Virus record (IMG/VR): IMGVR_UViG_3300014206_000007 | Coordinates: 64,001-128,000 of that record | From: a virus | Lineage: Duplodnaviria; Caudoviricetes | Length of the DNA: 64,000 nucleotides | Direction: 5' to 3' (one strand) | Part shown: positions 1-10,537 of the stretch, in pieces | How positions within the stretch are numbered: position 1 is the first letter of the stretch | How the letters are laid out: each line of letters begins with the position of its first letter | Notes under the pieces: generated by a model | Told to the model about the DNA's origin: nothing | Seen by the model: the letters and a program-made list of their open reading frames with translations, nothing else | Databases searched by the model: none | Position numbers and translations under genes: made by a program

Positions 1-1
1 T

Positions 2-367
2 CTACATTTTTTCATTATAGATAATCTTAACAACATCGCGGCCAATTTTAATTAAATCGTCGCTGTAGTCAATAAGGCAAGTTGATAAATTAATTGATAT
101 ATCAGTAATATTTATAATCTGAGTATATACACGAATAGCTTCATCTCTACTAACATATTCGTTATTTTTTATTTTATTTATGGTTTCTAACATTGTAGTA
201 TATGCTTCAGTTGGAGCATCGGGATATAAAATATTTTTAAGTAACTCTTCCCTTTCCTCATCTGTAAATGTATTTCGTATTTTTGCATTATAGTTATTGT
301 ATTTCTGATTTTTATTCATATATAGTAGTCCTCCTCTTATTATATACTTAAATGATATATATTTCAT
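2..367 (-). CDS. hypothetical protein
   Basis: ORF; GAGGAGG RBS at ~328-335 suggests the true start is MNKNQK at 319; early-type motif at 352-361. Confidence 0.6.
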   Translation of the reverse strand: MKYISFKYIIRGGLLYMNKNQKYNNYNAKIRNTFTDEEREELLKNILYPDAPTEAYTTMLETINKIKNNEYVSRDEAIRVYTQIINITDISINLSTCLIDYSDDLIKIGRDVVKIIYNEKM

Positions 368-467
368 TATAGTATTATTTTAGTGATATTGATATTTTAT
401 CCATAAAATAATACTTAAAAACAGATTTTTAATAGAGAAATTATCATGAAATAGAGGAGGAAAGAAA

Positions 468-1532
468 GTGGAGAAATCAGATTTAAGTAAGAAAATAAAA
501 TCCTTATCTCAAACTTCATTTGATTCGTTTAGTAATCCTTTTGATGATGATATATCAGAAGTAGCTTCAGTTAATATTGAAGTTGATAATTCATCAAAAA
601 ATAAAGTGACTATAGATGATGAATCAGGAAAGAAGAAAAAAAAGAAAGATAAATTTGCAAGAATTCTAGATAAAGGAAATTCATTAATAGATAAATATTC
701 AGATGACATAATATCAGATTTCGATCTTTATTTAGAAAATAAATTTAATGATGATGAGGATAGAGACCTTAGAAACAGTTTAATTGGCATGGGGAGAAAA
801 TATGCCAGAGAAACTACAGTTAGTGCGGAAACAAGTGAAATTCAAAAAGCTTTTAGTGCAAGTGAAAAAGTACTAAATAGATTCCTTGAAGAAATTGAAA
901 AAGACAAGGACATATTACAAAAAGATATTGATGCTATGAGAATGGCACGTACAAAAAACTTTAAAACTTTAAGTGAACTTATCGAAGTAAAAACACAATT
1001 TCATAATACAGCATTAAGCGTAGTTAAAGAAATTAATAGTATTAAGAAAACTCAATTGGATTTGAAATACAAATCAGAAAAGAATAAGCCGGAAGAGAAT
1101 TCCAGTGATGTTGTGAGTGGAAGAGCTATTCAGCAATTATTTGGTATGGGTAGAAGTAATATTCTTTCTACTGTTGGAGGATATGAAGGCGTGTCTGGAG
1201 CATTTACAGAGGATGAAAGTCCTAATGAAAGTGTAGGATATGATGATGATGTAATCCAGCAAAAATACTTTAATAATGCAGACGAAAATGATGGAGATAA
1301 ATTCTTAAGATATGAAAATCTTGGAGTTGAATACGTTTTGATATTGGAGCCTGATGGTTCAAAATATATTATCGCAGAAGATAAGGATGGTAATGTAGTA
1401 CCAGATTATCCTCTACCTCGTAATATAGATGAATTGAACTTTGATATCGACGATCGTACAAAAACTGCAACTGATGATTTCCATAGAAATTATAAAGTAA
1501 GAATAGACTATTCAGCAGAAGAAGATGAATAA
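468..1532 (+). CDS. acidic coiled-coil hypothetical protein, probably late/virion
   Basis: 354-aa ORF, GAGGAGG RBS, AACA-N6-TA motif at 420-431. Confidence 0.7.
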   Translation: MEKSDLSKKIKSLSQTSFDSFSNPFDDDISEVASVNIEVDNSSKNKVTIDDESGKKKKKKDKFARILDKGNSLIDKYSDDIISDFDLYLENKFNDDEDRDLRNSLIGMGRKYARETTVSAETSEIQKAFSASEKVLNRFLEEIEKDKDILQKDIDAMRMARTKNFKTLSELIEVKTQFHNTALSVVKEINSIKKTQLDLKYKSEKNKPEENSSDVVSGRAIQQLFGMGRSNILSTVGGYEGVSGAFTEDESPNESVGYDDDVIQQKYFNNADENDGDKFLRYENLGVEYVLILEPDGSKYIIAEDKDGNVVPDYPLPRNIDELNFDIDDRTKTATDDFHRNYKVRIDYSAEEDE

Positions 1533-1541
1533 AAAAAATAA

Positions 1542-1575
1542 AAAAAAGAAGATGATATTATTCATCTTCTTTTTT
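1542..1575. terminator. bidirectional intrinsic terminator
   Basis: aaaaaagaagatga-tattat-tcatcttctttttt inverted repeat between convergent genes. Confidence 0.75.
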
Positions 1576-1584
1576 CATTTGTGT

Positions 1585-2166
1585 TTATGCATTCTGTAAT
1601 GTTATCGGCTGCTCTACTTTTTCAACTTCTTTATTTTTGTTATTCTTTGCTTGTTTCTTGTAATTCTTGTAAAGCATCTTGCCGATTGGTTTTTCTGTCT
1701 TTAATGTTAACTTACCATTCTTCATGATAGCACGTTTAACATTTCTGTATCCGTATTTTTCCATTGCTACTAATTCAGCAGTGATTTGTCTATCCATGTT
1801 TGTGGATGCAATTTCATCATTGTTGTAGTTAGCTGAGAATCTTGTATCTAATTGACGTAACTTTTGGTTCTCAATTTCAACCAAAGCTAATCTTTGTTTC
1901 TTTGGAAGTTTGCTGAACTTCTTATCAACTAGGATTATACGGCTGCCGTATTTCTTTTCTGCTTCGCTACCCATCGGTAACTTTGCTGTTGCGATTAAAG
2001 CTTTAACTCCTTGTAACGGTTTCTTTGGATTTAATCCTTGTACCAGTGTTAAGTTTTCAACCTGTGCGATGTACATATTTTCATTTAGTCCAGCTTGATA
2101 TCCATCTACTGATATAATATTATTGATTGTTAATTTTTGTAATTCCTTTACACTTTTCTTAAACAT
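1585..2166 (-). CDS. hypothetical basic protein
   Basis: 193-aa ORF, GGAGG RBS, early motif at 2223-2232. Confidence 0.7.
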   Translation of the reverse strand: MFKKSVKELQKLTINNIISVDGYQAGLNENMYIAQVENLTLVQGLNPKKPLQGVKALIATAKLPMGSEAEKKYGSRIILVDKKFSKLPKKQRLALVEIENQKLRQLDTRFSANYNNDEIASTNMDRQITAELVAMEKYGYRNVKRAIMKNGKLTLKTEKPIGKMLYKNYKKQAKNNKNKEVEKVEQPITLQNA

Positions 2167-2274
2167 AATTAAGCCTCCATATTTTTTATTTTTTTATTAA
2201 TTTCTTTATTATGTCTACTAAAATGATATATATCTATAAATCCGAGAAATACGCTCATATTCCTCGAATCTACG

Positions 2275-4929
2275 TTAATATAATCGTATAACTGAGTTCA
2301 AATCCGATTCATCTACTATCTCTTCAGTTGTCATTATTATATTTACAGGATATCCATCAAATGTATTATTATGACTTATTAGGAATACCTGCTCGGCATC
2401 TATTGCCTTAAGTTGCTTAAATAAAATTGCTATAAACTTTTCTCTATCATGTTTATATAATGGTGAATCAACTTCATCTAATAGCATAATGTTATAATCG
2501 AATATACTCTTTCTAATTAGTGCAAATGATAATGCGATTGAAATAATTGATTGCTGCCCTTGTGAAGCTCTTTCAATATCCTCAACATAAATTCCATTAA
2601 TTGTATATGGAATTCTAAAATCATCTTGAGTAATTTCAAACTCCTGTATTTCTAAACTATCACCAAAGACATCGGCAATTAAATCATTTAATATATCTCT
2701 TGCATCATTCAAAAATAATTTTACAAATACTAATGGAATCCCTTCCTTTGAAGATACTGCATCTAAAACATATCTCATCGTTTCTTTATCATCAATAACT
2801 TCTTCAAATTCATTTTTTGTATATATGATTTCATTAATATTTAATTTAAGTTTTTCGTTCTTGTCAATATAATTTTGTAATTTATTATATATTTCACTAG
2901 CATCCAATTTATACTTTCGTATAATATTAATATTATTACGAATTTTATCTAAATTGATTTCCATTGTCTGGATCATAGATAATAATGCATTATATTGAGT
3001 TTGCTTTTCTTTTAAATCATTTTCGAGTATTGATAATTGTGATAGTTTAATATAAATATCATTATAATTCCGTATTTTAGTTTCAATTTCTTTAACATTT
3101 GATTCATATTCTGCAATTCTCGATACTGATTTTTGAGCTTCCAAAGATACATTATTAATTTTCTCATCCAATGATGAATCTTCAGTTAATTCAATCTGAG
3201 AAATTTCATTTTTTATTTTATTAACGCTTTCAGTTAAATCATAATACTTATCCCTTTTCTCAGTTAATTCCATTACCTTGGCTATTTTATCATAGTCATG
3301 CCATTTCCTATATTGATAATTCGTTAATACATCAATAAGTTTCTTGTTATTAATTGCACCTAATAATTCTACTATTGGAATAATTCTTGCCCATGTCTGT
3401 TTTAAATTAGTTATTTTTGAATAGAGCATTGGATAATCAGATAATCGATATATTCGATTATCAATTTCTTTTGCTTTTTCTAAAAGTATTTCTACTTCTT
3501 TTTCGACTCCAATATTATCATTTTTCATTCCTTTTTGAATATTATAAGGATGAGATTTATAATATGGACAATCCTTAGTAGGGCATAAAGGTGGTAGATA
3601 TAAGGTATAAGGTGTCTCGTATTTATCTGAGAACTTTATACTATTAATTTCTTTTTGCACTTTCATTTTTTGAAATTGAGCAATCTCAATTTGCTTCTTA
3701 GACCACCCAATAACACTTGAATCCGAATAATAGATTTTCTTTATTATTTCTCTATCATATTGAGCAATGTCATCAATTGCTATATTTAATGTATCAATAT
3801 CGCCGAGTAAAGATAATATATATGAAGTAGAATAATTTAAATCGAAACTGCCAATTTGCTTTTTGTAATCGTTTAATTTATTCAATAATTCATTATAAGT
3901 ATCCTTTAACTCTAATAAATGCTCTTTATTATTTTTTACTTTTTGATTATCAATATAGATTGCTAATTGTGTTGAAAGTTCATTATAATGAGCTTCCTCA
4001 GTAGTAATATTTTTATTATTAGTATTCAAATCACTATCCAATCTACCAAGAATTTTACTAACCTCGACTATCGATGGATATTCTTTATAAGTATGAATTG
4101 TCTCTTTAATAATATCAATATTATCTTTTAATACTTTTATTAGTTTGCATTTATCATTATAATCAATCTCATATGTTTCATATGATTCACCATTTAATAT
4201 ACTGGTAATTGATGCATCTAATTTAAATATATTAGATTTAATTTCATCATATTGATTAGAGAGTTCTTTTATTATATCTTTAATAGTTTCATACTCATTT
4301 TGATATTTATCAAGATTCTCTGCCCCAATATGGTGTAATTTGTTCGTTAAAATGCTAGTCTGAGAATTTAAATTTCTCATATCATCGGTTATTTTTTTAT
4401 ATAAGAATGTATACACTTCCGCATCTTTTAATAAAGAAGCTATGAATGATTTTCTCTCTGATGATTTCATACTGATGATATTAGATACATTTGCACCCAA
4501 TCTTAATAATCGTAAGAAGTTTTGCTCAATACCAAATTCAAATGAGATAATATCTTTAAATGAACCTTGATTTCCATTCTCATTTAATTCAACACCATTC
4601 TTTTCAATGTATGATTTAATGAGATGAGATGTTTTATTCCATGTATACTTATGAGTTATAGTGTAGTAGTCATTTCCTTTTTTGTATTCAATTATTTTTA
4701 ACCCATCTTCTCCATCAATAATAATGCCATCTTGATTTCTAATATCTAACGTTCCAAAAGATGCAAATGGTTGCATATGCCCTAATATTGCAGTTTTTCC
4801 AGAACCAATTTTTCCTATAAAGACATTAATTATTTTATTTGAAGTAGAAAGGTCTATATCAATTTCCGTTTTTTCAATTGCGGATAAAAGATGTTTTGAA
4901 TTTTTTAAATATAGTCTTAATATTTTCAT
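2275..4929 (-). CDS. sbcC: SbcC/Rad50-like SMC-family ATPase
   Basis: Walker A GKIGSGKT, long coiled coils, central CPTKDCP zinc-hook-like motif, signature ASQGQ, Walker B LLDEVD, H-loop ISH. Confidence 0.9.
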   Translation of the reverse strand: MKILRLYLKNSKHLLSAIEKTEIDIDLSTSNKIINVFIGKIGSGKTAILGHMQPFASFGTLDIRNQDGIIIDGEDGLKIIEYKKGNDYYTITHKYTWNKTSHLIKSYIEKNGVELNENGNQGSFKDIISFEFGIEQNFLRLLRLGANVSNIISMKSSERKSFIASLLKDAEVYTFLYKKITDDMRNLNSQTSILTNKLHHIGAENLDKYQNEYETIKDIIKELSNQYDEIKSNIFKLDASITSILNGESYETYEIDYNDKCKLIKVLKDNIDIIKETIHTYKEYPSIVEVSKILGRLDSDLNTNNKNITTEEAHYNELSTQLAIYIDNQKVKNNKEHLLELKDTYNELLNKLNDYKKQIGSFDLNYSTSYILSLLGDIDTLNIAIDDIAQYDREIIKKIYYSDSSVIGWSKKQIEIAQFQKMKVQKEINSIKFSDKYETPYTLYLPPLCPTKDCPYYKSHPYNIQKGMKNDNIGVEKEVEILLEKAKEIDNRIYRLSDYPMLYSKITNLKQTWARIIPIVELLGAINNKKLIDVLTNYQYRKWHDYDKIAKVMELTEKRDKYYDLTESVNKIKNEISQIELTEDSSLDEKINNVSLEAQKSVSRIAEYESNVKEIETKIRNYNDIYIKLSQLSILENDLKEKQTQYNALLSMIQTMEINLDKIRNNINIIRKYKLDASEIYNKLQNYIDKNEKLKLNINEIIYTKNEFEEVIDDKETMRYVLDAVSSKEGIPLVFVKLFLNDARDILNDLIADVFGDSLEIQEFEITQDDFRIPYTINGIYVEDIERASQGQQSIISIALSFALIRKSIFDYNIMLLDEVDSPLYKHDREKFIAILFKQLKAIDAEQVFLISHNNTFDGYPVNIIMTTEEIVDESDLNSVIRLY

Positions 4930-5037
4930 CGGCGTCCCTCCAAGATTACTTTATTAATATATCTTATATATAATATATTTCCAAAAAAAATAATAAAGAT
5001 ATAGTTTTATGTTTAGACTATATCTTTATTATTTTTA

Positions 5038-5346
5038 TTACAAATCATCATCTTCATTTTCAAAATAGTTGAAAGTATCATCATTTAATAGATCATCTAA
5101 TTCTTTTGACATTTGATCTAGGTCCGATTCAATTTCTTGATGTTCTTTTGTAAATTCATCCATTGCTATTTGCATTTCACTTAAATCTGGAGTAGCAGAA
5201 ATAATTCTGTCTAATTCATTATGAAATTCTTTTATTCTGTTTCTATGCTCTTCCATAAATTCATCACGCTTTTTACTAACTTCGTTTAATGCCGCAAAAG
5301 TACTCTTCATTGATTTATCTAATTCTTTCATTATATTACCCTCCAA
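5038..5346 (-). CDS. small acidic coiled-coil hypothetical protein
   Basis: ORF with GGAGG RBS, early motif at 5377-5386, hairpin downstream. Confidence 0.6.
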   Translation of the reverse strand: MEGNIMKELDKSMKSTFAALNEVSKKRDEFMEEHRNRIKEFHNELDRIISATPDLSEMQIAMDEFTKEHQEIESDLDQMSKELDDLLNDDTFNYFENEDDDL

Positions 5347-5376
5347 GGAATTTATTTTTTATATTTATATACTAAA

Positions 5377-5407
5377 ATAATATATACACATAGAATTTTA
5401 AAATACG
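5377..5407 (-). promoter_or_regulatory. representative early promoter CGTATTT-N14-TATATATTAT
   Basis: core motif recurs upstream of about 17 minus-strand transcription units; resembles the phiKZ early consensus TATATTAC. Confidence 0.6.
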
Positions 5408-5456
5408 TATAAAAAAATAAAGATATGATTAACTCATATCTTTATTTTTCATATAA

Positions 5457-5960
5457 TTAGTGCTTCTTTTTATCATATGAAATTTCGAAAGTTTCATCAT
5501 CAACTTTATTTATTTCATATTTTCTAGCCTTTATACCATAAACATCAGATTTATCACGATTGAAAGTATCGCAGTAATCAACTATCAAACCCAAGTTATC
5601 GATTACTCTTAGCGTTTCAGTATTATTTGAATCTTTTCCTTTGATTGGAATTAAAGCATCATCATTTAATAGAATAAGTTGATTATTGTATTCTTGAGAT
5701 AAAACTACTACAGAATATAATTCATCACCCTCATAAGCATATGTAATTTCTATTCCATCGGTATCGGTAAATCTTTTCATTTTATTAGAACTTGAGTTTA
5801 TATACTCATATATTCCAATATAAGATTTATCATTATTTATTTCAGTTATTCTTCCTTGTGCATCGTATTTAAAATAAAGAGTTTCTTCTAACGGAGTATC
5901 TATTCTAACTACTCGTTTTTCATTATCAAATTCAATTTTATTTTTGTATACACTTCTCAT
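5457..5960 (-). CDS. YD/RHS-repeat-like small protein
   Basis: YFKYDAQGRITEI and ITYAYEGDEL resemble YD repeats. Confidence 0.45.
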   Translation of the reverse strand: MRSVYKNKIEFDNEKRVVRIDTPLEETLYFKYDAQGRITEINNDKSYIGIYEYINSSSNKMKRFTDTDGIEITYAYEGDELYSVVVLSQEYNNQLILLNDDALIPIKGKDSNNTETLRVIDNLGLIVDYCDTFNRDKSDVYGIKARKYEINKVDDETFEISYDKKKH

Positions 5961-6170
5961 TGTAAAACCCCCAAAATAATTTTATTACTACGTTTATTTT
6001 AATGTTTTTTTGATGATAAAATTCTTTTAGACATAATATTTCAATCTCCTCTTCCTATTTCAATAGATTTTTATTTTAATGTCTATATAAGCATTCAAAC
6101 TATTTTGAATGCTTATATAAATTATATTGTATATCACAGTATACCTTTAATATAATTTACATTAAATTTT

Positions 6171-7271
6171 TTAAAAGATATTACTCATCCTCCAGCCGAG
6201 TCCATAATAATCTGCTGGAGTTTCTTTTGTATAGTCTTGATTAATATCGAGATACGAATAAACGAATTCAATTGTTCCATCTATACGAAATGTGATTTTA
6301 TCATAAATATTATCATCATAATGAGTATCATCCAATCTATACATAAGCTCAATATCCGGTCCTACTTTTGTTATTGATTTTACTGTATATGGATATCCAC
6401 AGACTTCTTTTTCATTTATATCAAATTCTGAAACTTCATATACTTTTTCCATTTCCCCAGTTTCTGCATTCTCTTCTAATCCTTCAGTAACCATAGTATA
6501 TTCAGTGTTTAAAAAGAATTCTTTTTCTTCTGGTGTCATCACATAATCTTTATCAATGTCCTTTGTAAGATTAAAGCATAATTGACTAACTAGATTAGCT
6601 CCACTTATAACATATCTTGTATAACCCGCAGATCTATCTTCATCATAAAGCAATTCGAGAAATTGGCCAAATACTAGCATCTCATCGCCATTTTGCCATT
6701 TAGCAGAATCACCTAAGGGTATTCTGATATAATAATCAAAGGAATCATGTCCCTCAATCCAAACTAATTCTTCATCAAAATCATAATCAAATGTTTGACG
6801 ATAATATCCTCTAACATCTAATGGAACTCCAAGCCAATCAGCATAATCCTGACCATTGAAGATTCCTTCATTCTCAGTATATGAACTCATGAAAGCATTA
6901 AATACTAAAAAATCCATTCCGCCATTAAATGGTATTTCTCCATTTTGGGATTTCGAATACAAATCTCTGACATAATAATATATGTCCTCATCAGTCATAT
7001 TATAGTACCCAAGTAAAGCATCACGCATATCAGATTTTACATATTCTGGAAAATCATAATCTTTAATATGTGGTATTCTTTGTACTGGTTCTTCTTCTTT
7101 TCCAAATAATATCTCAGCAATCTTTTGTGTAAATGATTGCTTTTCTTTCATAATTTCTGTTGCGGTTCCAACACCTTCAACAGCTACAGCATTCAACTTA
7201 TCACATCCGATAAGCTGTAAAGTGATTAATACTAACATAATACATAGCATAATTCTAATTGATTTTCTCAT
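6171..7271 (-). CDS. putative lipoprotein
   Basis: basic N-terminus, hydrophobic stretch, lipobox-like LIG-C at residue 23; acidic body. Confidence 0.65.
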   Translation of the reverse strand: MRKSIRIMLCIMLVLITLQLIGCDKLNAVAVEGVGTATEIMKEKQSFTQKIAEILFGKEEEPVQRIPHIKDYDFPEYVKSDMRDALLGYYNMTDEDIYYYVRDLYSKSQNGEIPFNGGMDFLVFNAFMSSYTENEGIFNGQDYADWLGVPLDVRGYYRQTFDYDFDEELVWIEGHDSFDYYIRIPLGDSAKWQNGDEMLVFGQFLELLYDEDRSAGYTRYVISGANLVSQLCFNLTKDIDKDYVMTPEEKEFFLNTEYTMVTEGLEENAETGEMEKVYEVSEFDINEKEVCGYPYTVKSITKVGPDIELMYRLDDTHYDDNIYDKITFRIDGTIEFVYSYLDINQDYTKETPADYYGLGWRMSNIF

Positions 7272-7394
7272 TTCTTTTAATTTTTCTCCTTTTATTTTTA
7301 TATTAAAATTTTCGTCCCTTTATTTTCTATAAAAATAATATATATTCATATTATATGGACAAACATAAAAAAGAAAGAGTATATACGCTTTCTT

Positions 7395-7775
7395 TTATAT
7401 ATATGCTTTATAGGTTTCCCATAATAAAGTAAATTCTTTAATGAAACGTTTCATGTCAATACCACCATTTGCTACTAAGAAAGAGTTCATAACCCTCTCT
7501 GGAACATAGTAATTATTTTGATAACTTTTATATTTATTCATTTCTGCTGGAATTATACAGTTACTATCATTAATCTCTAAATCAATTTTACGATAAACAT
7601 TATTTTTATTTAAAATATTAGATTTAGGATTCATTGATATTATAAGCTGTGCTCCATTATTAGTATAAAATATCACATATACTGTATTCTGCTGTATAGA
7701 TTCTTCAAACGTCATATTACAATAACTCGACTTGATTTCAACAGCTTTATGAATTAATTCTCTTATTGTATTCAT
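7395..7775 (-). CDS. hypothetical protein, paralog of 7790-8167
   Basis: start moved to MNTIRE (RBS GAGGTG); shares AVEIK, MTFEE, FYTN.G, LNKNNV, CIIP.EMNKY and VPER with its neighbour. Confidence 0.7.
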   Translation of the reverse strand: MNTIRELIHKAVEIKSSYCNMTFEESIQQNTVYVIFYTNNGAQLIISMNPKSNILNKNNVYRKIDLEINDSNCIIPAEMNKYKSYQNNYYVPERVMNSFLVANGGIDMKRFIKEFTLLWETYKAYI

Positions 7776-7789
7776 TTTATACTCACCTC

Positions 7790-8167
7790 TTATGACAAAA
7801 TCTTTTCCCATTCTCTAGTAAATCGTTCCAAATCAACTCCGCTATTTACAGTAAAGCATTGGTTAATAATTCTTTCTGGAACATCACAGAATGCTAATGA
7901 AAAAATACTACGTGGGTATTTTTGATACTTGTTCATTTCCTCTGGAATTATACATTTTCCTTCAAGAACTTCGATATTAACCTTGCGAAAAACGTTATTT
8001 TTATTTAACTTATTGGAGCTACTATTCATAGATATAACTAAGTGAACTCCGCTATTTGTGTAAAATGTAAAGTATAGAGGTTGTCGTATAGCTTCTTCAA
8101 ATGTCATTTTGTTACATTTAGCTTTAATTTCAACTGCATGATTAATTAGTTTTCTAACAGTAATCAT
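7790..8167 (-). CDS. hypothetical protein, paralog of 7395-7775
   Basis: colinear similarity to the adjacent ORF. Confidence 0.7.
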   Translation of the reverse strand: MITVRKLINHAVEIKAKCNKMTFEEAIRQPLYFTFYTNSGVHLVISMNSSSNKLNKNNVFRKVNIEVLEGKCIIPEEMNKYQKYPRSIFSLAFCDVPERIINQCFTVNSGVDLERFTREWEKILS

Positions 8168-8237
8168 TTTATCTTTTCTCCCCTTTAGATTAATTATATT
8201 AAAAAAAGATTATGGAATTTTCCATAATCTTTTTAAT

Positions 8238-8582
8238 TTAATTTTCTGCCATAGCTGCATGACTATGGTATTTTTCATATATTGTATTATTGACCATTGT
8301 ATTTAAACAATGCAACGTTAGTTCATTCATGAATATTTCTCTTATTGTAGTTTTATAATCGTCGTCACACATTTCAAAGAAATTTTTATCTAATAGTAAA
8401 TTGCGTATAAAAGTATTTAATGCAGGATAGTGACCGTACTCATCAACCATGTATTTATCAATCACGTCATCAAATTGTTTTTTAGTAATTTCTAAATTAA
8501 ATTTTTCGTTTATTTGTGTAAGCAATTCTTCTGTAGGTATTCTGCTATTTACATGTGGTACTACCCTTTTAATTATTCTCAT
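8238..8582 (-). CDS. hypothetical protein
   Basis: ORF with RBS; early motif at 8631-8640. Confidence 0.6.
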   Translation of the reverse strand: MRIIKRVVPHVNSRIPTEELLTQINEKFNLEITKKQFDDVIDKYMVDEYGHYPALNTFIRNLLLDKNFFEMCDDDYKTTIREIFMNELTLHCLNTMVNNTIYEKYHSHAAMAEN

Positions 8583-8684
8583 AGCATTTACTCCTTTTTA
8601 TTTTAAGATTATATAACTATTCACATTTTAATAATATATACTTCTAAATGCTGTAAATACCACTAAATGAGGTGTATAGGTTAT

Positions 8685-10472
8685 TTAAATGTTATATACA
8701 TAAGTATTATTTCCACACCCATATATTTTTGGTAAAGTCTTAAAATAATCATTATCTGATGGATTTCGATATATTCGTTTAGTATAGAACTCTTCAATTC
8801 CCCATACTTGTAAATTATGAGATATAAAATTAAATCCTAATTTTTCATAGCTCCCACCATCAAATTTATCAATATCACAATATGTCAAAATATAATTTTC
8901 ATATTTTTTAGAATACGGATAAATACTTAAGAAATATTTAAATATTCTTTCTTTTCCACCAACGACATTATGAAACATTTTAGTACAATGTCTTATTAAC
9001 TCAAATTGATACTTAGTCTTATTTTTTTGGTTTCCAAAATATGGGTAGCCAAAAGACATACATTCAATTATTTCATCATTATCGTCAACTAATCCAATAT
9101 ACATTGATGAAGTTCTAAATCCTTGTAAATGATTATCATTAAAGAATTTCTTTATTTTATTTAATGAATCTGAAGATTTATCAAACTCAATAACTTTTAA
9201 CTTACGAGCATAATCAATAGATTTATTTAATGAAATATTACATGCTGATAACATAATTGATTTTAATATTTTTTGTTTATTTTCATCTAACCATTCATCT
9301 TCATAAATATTAATAACTCTAGTTTTCAAATCTTTATAATATTTATATTTTTTATAATGATAATCCCTTTCTTTAAATTCATCTGAATGCCAATATAAAC
9401 CATTAAATTCGATACCTACATCATAATCAGGCAAATAAACATCGAGCTCAGGTCCGATCTTAGTATAGCGATGATAACATTTAATATTATAACTTTTTAA
9501 GAAATCTATTATTTCATGCTCACCATATGATTCTCCTGCTAAATAATGAATTTTATCTTCTAAATTATACCTTTTTATATTATAACCAATAGTAGTAGTT
9601 CCATATCCTAACGCTTTCGCAATAATTTCAATAGTAGGTTTCTTACCTATTTCAAGATACAATTTATCAATATAATCAGAAAATAAATCTTTATTATTTA
9701 CTATATTAAATATATTTTCTTGAACTGGAATTTGCCCTCTAGTATTACACATTTTTAAATATAAATCATAATTTTGTGTGCCATATTCTACACCAAATCT
9801 TTCAATATTAGTAGCTCTTAATTTTTTATTAGACTCTTCATTTTGTAATGCATGTTCAACTCCATGTTTTTCAACCATAGATTCAGTAAATTTGTTTCGA
9901 AGTTCTTCATTTTGTAATGCATAATCAACCCCATACCTTTCATTCATTGTATCAGTAAACTTCTTAAATGAATCTTTATTTTGAAGTGCGTGTATAGTCC
10001 CATGCTTTTCTAACATGGTTGCATTAGCTTTGTTTTTAACTTCTTGATTTAGTATCGCATATTCTTCACCATATTTTTCAAGATTAGTTTTCTTTCTCTT
10101 TTCTTCAAAATCTTCTGATTGCACTTGAAACTCGACTCCATACTTTTCTAAATTAGTTTTCTTCATTTTTTCTAATACATCTTTATTCTGTGCTGGAGCT
10201 TTAGTTCCATATTTCTTTAAATTAGTTTCTTCAGTTTTTTTAGTTGCAGCAATTCTCGAACATTTAGGACACATTGGAAATCCTAATTTATTCATGTCAT
10301 CATACAATCTATCTATTCTCTTATCATATTCTCCATGTATTTCACATATAAGAGTTATATTATTAGTACTCATGAGATTCTGAGGTTTGATATTTTTATC
10401 TGATAATTTTTCTAATATATCAATATTCCACTGATTCATTTCTTTATCTTTACTCCATATATATTTTTTCAT
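8685..10472 (-). CDS. free-standing homing-endonuclease-like protein (KTNLEKYG repeats plus PD-(D/E)xK nuclease)
   Basis: N-terminal CEIHG/CPKC zinc motif, seven ~23-aa KTNLEKYG-type repeats, ELDVYLPDYDVGIEFNGLYWHS nuclease motif. Confidence 0.75.
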   Translation of the reverse strand: MKKYIWSKDKEMNQWNIDILEKLSDKNIKPQNLMSTNNITLICEIHGEYDKRIDRLYDDMNKLGFPMCPKCSRIAATKKTEETNLKKYGTKAPAQNKDVLEKMKKTNLEKYGVEFQVQSEDFEEKRKKTNLEKYGEEYAILNQEVKNKANATMLEKHGTIHALQNKDSFKKFTDTMNERYGVDYALQNEELRNKFTESMVEKHGVEHALQNEESNKKLRATNIERFGVEYGTQNYDLYLKMCNTRGQIPVQENIFNIVNNKDLFSDYIDKLYLEIGKKPTIEIIAKALGYGTTTIGYNIKRYNLEDKIHYLAGESYGEHEIIDFLKSYNIKCYHRYTKIGPELDVYLPDYDVGIEFNGLYWHSDEFKERDYHYKKYKYYKDLKTRVINIYEDEWLDENKQKILKSIMLSACNISLNKSIDYARKLKVIEFDKSSDSLNKIKKFFNDNHLQGFRTSSMYIGLVDDNDEIIECMSFGYPYFGNQKNKTKYQFELIRHCTKMFHNVVGGKERIFKYFLSIYPYSKKYENYILTYCDIDKFDGGSYEKLGFNFISHNLQVWGIEEFYTKRIYRNPSDNDYFKTLPKIYGCGNNTYVYNI

Positions 10473-10537
10473 ATAATTCCTCCTCCCTTTTATTTCAAAA
10501 AAATAGAAGACATTATAAAAAATGTCTTCTATTAAAT

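Noticed and set aside
5961-6034. Mini-ORF MSKRILSSKKH* that would fuse to 5457-5960 if one A were removed from an A7 run; similar one-base offset at 58177-58183
   Set aside because: Cannot distinguish programmed slippage from a homopolymer error or chance, and the downstream ORFs have their own plausible starts
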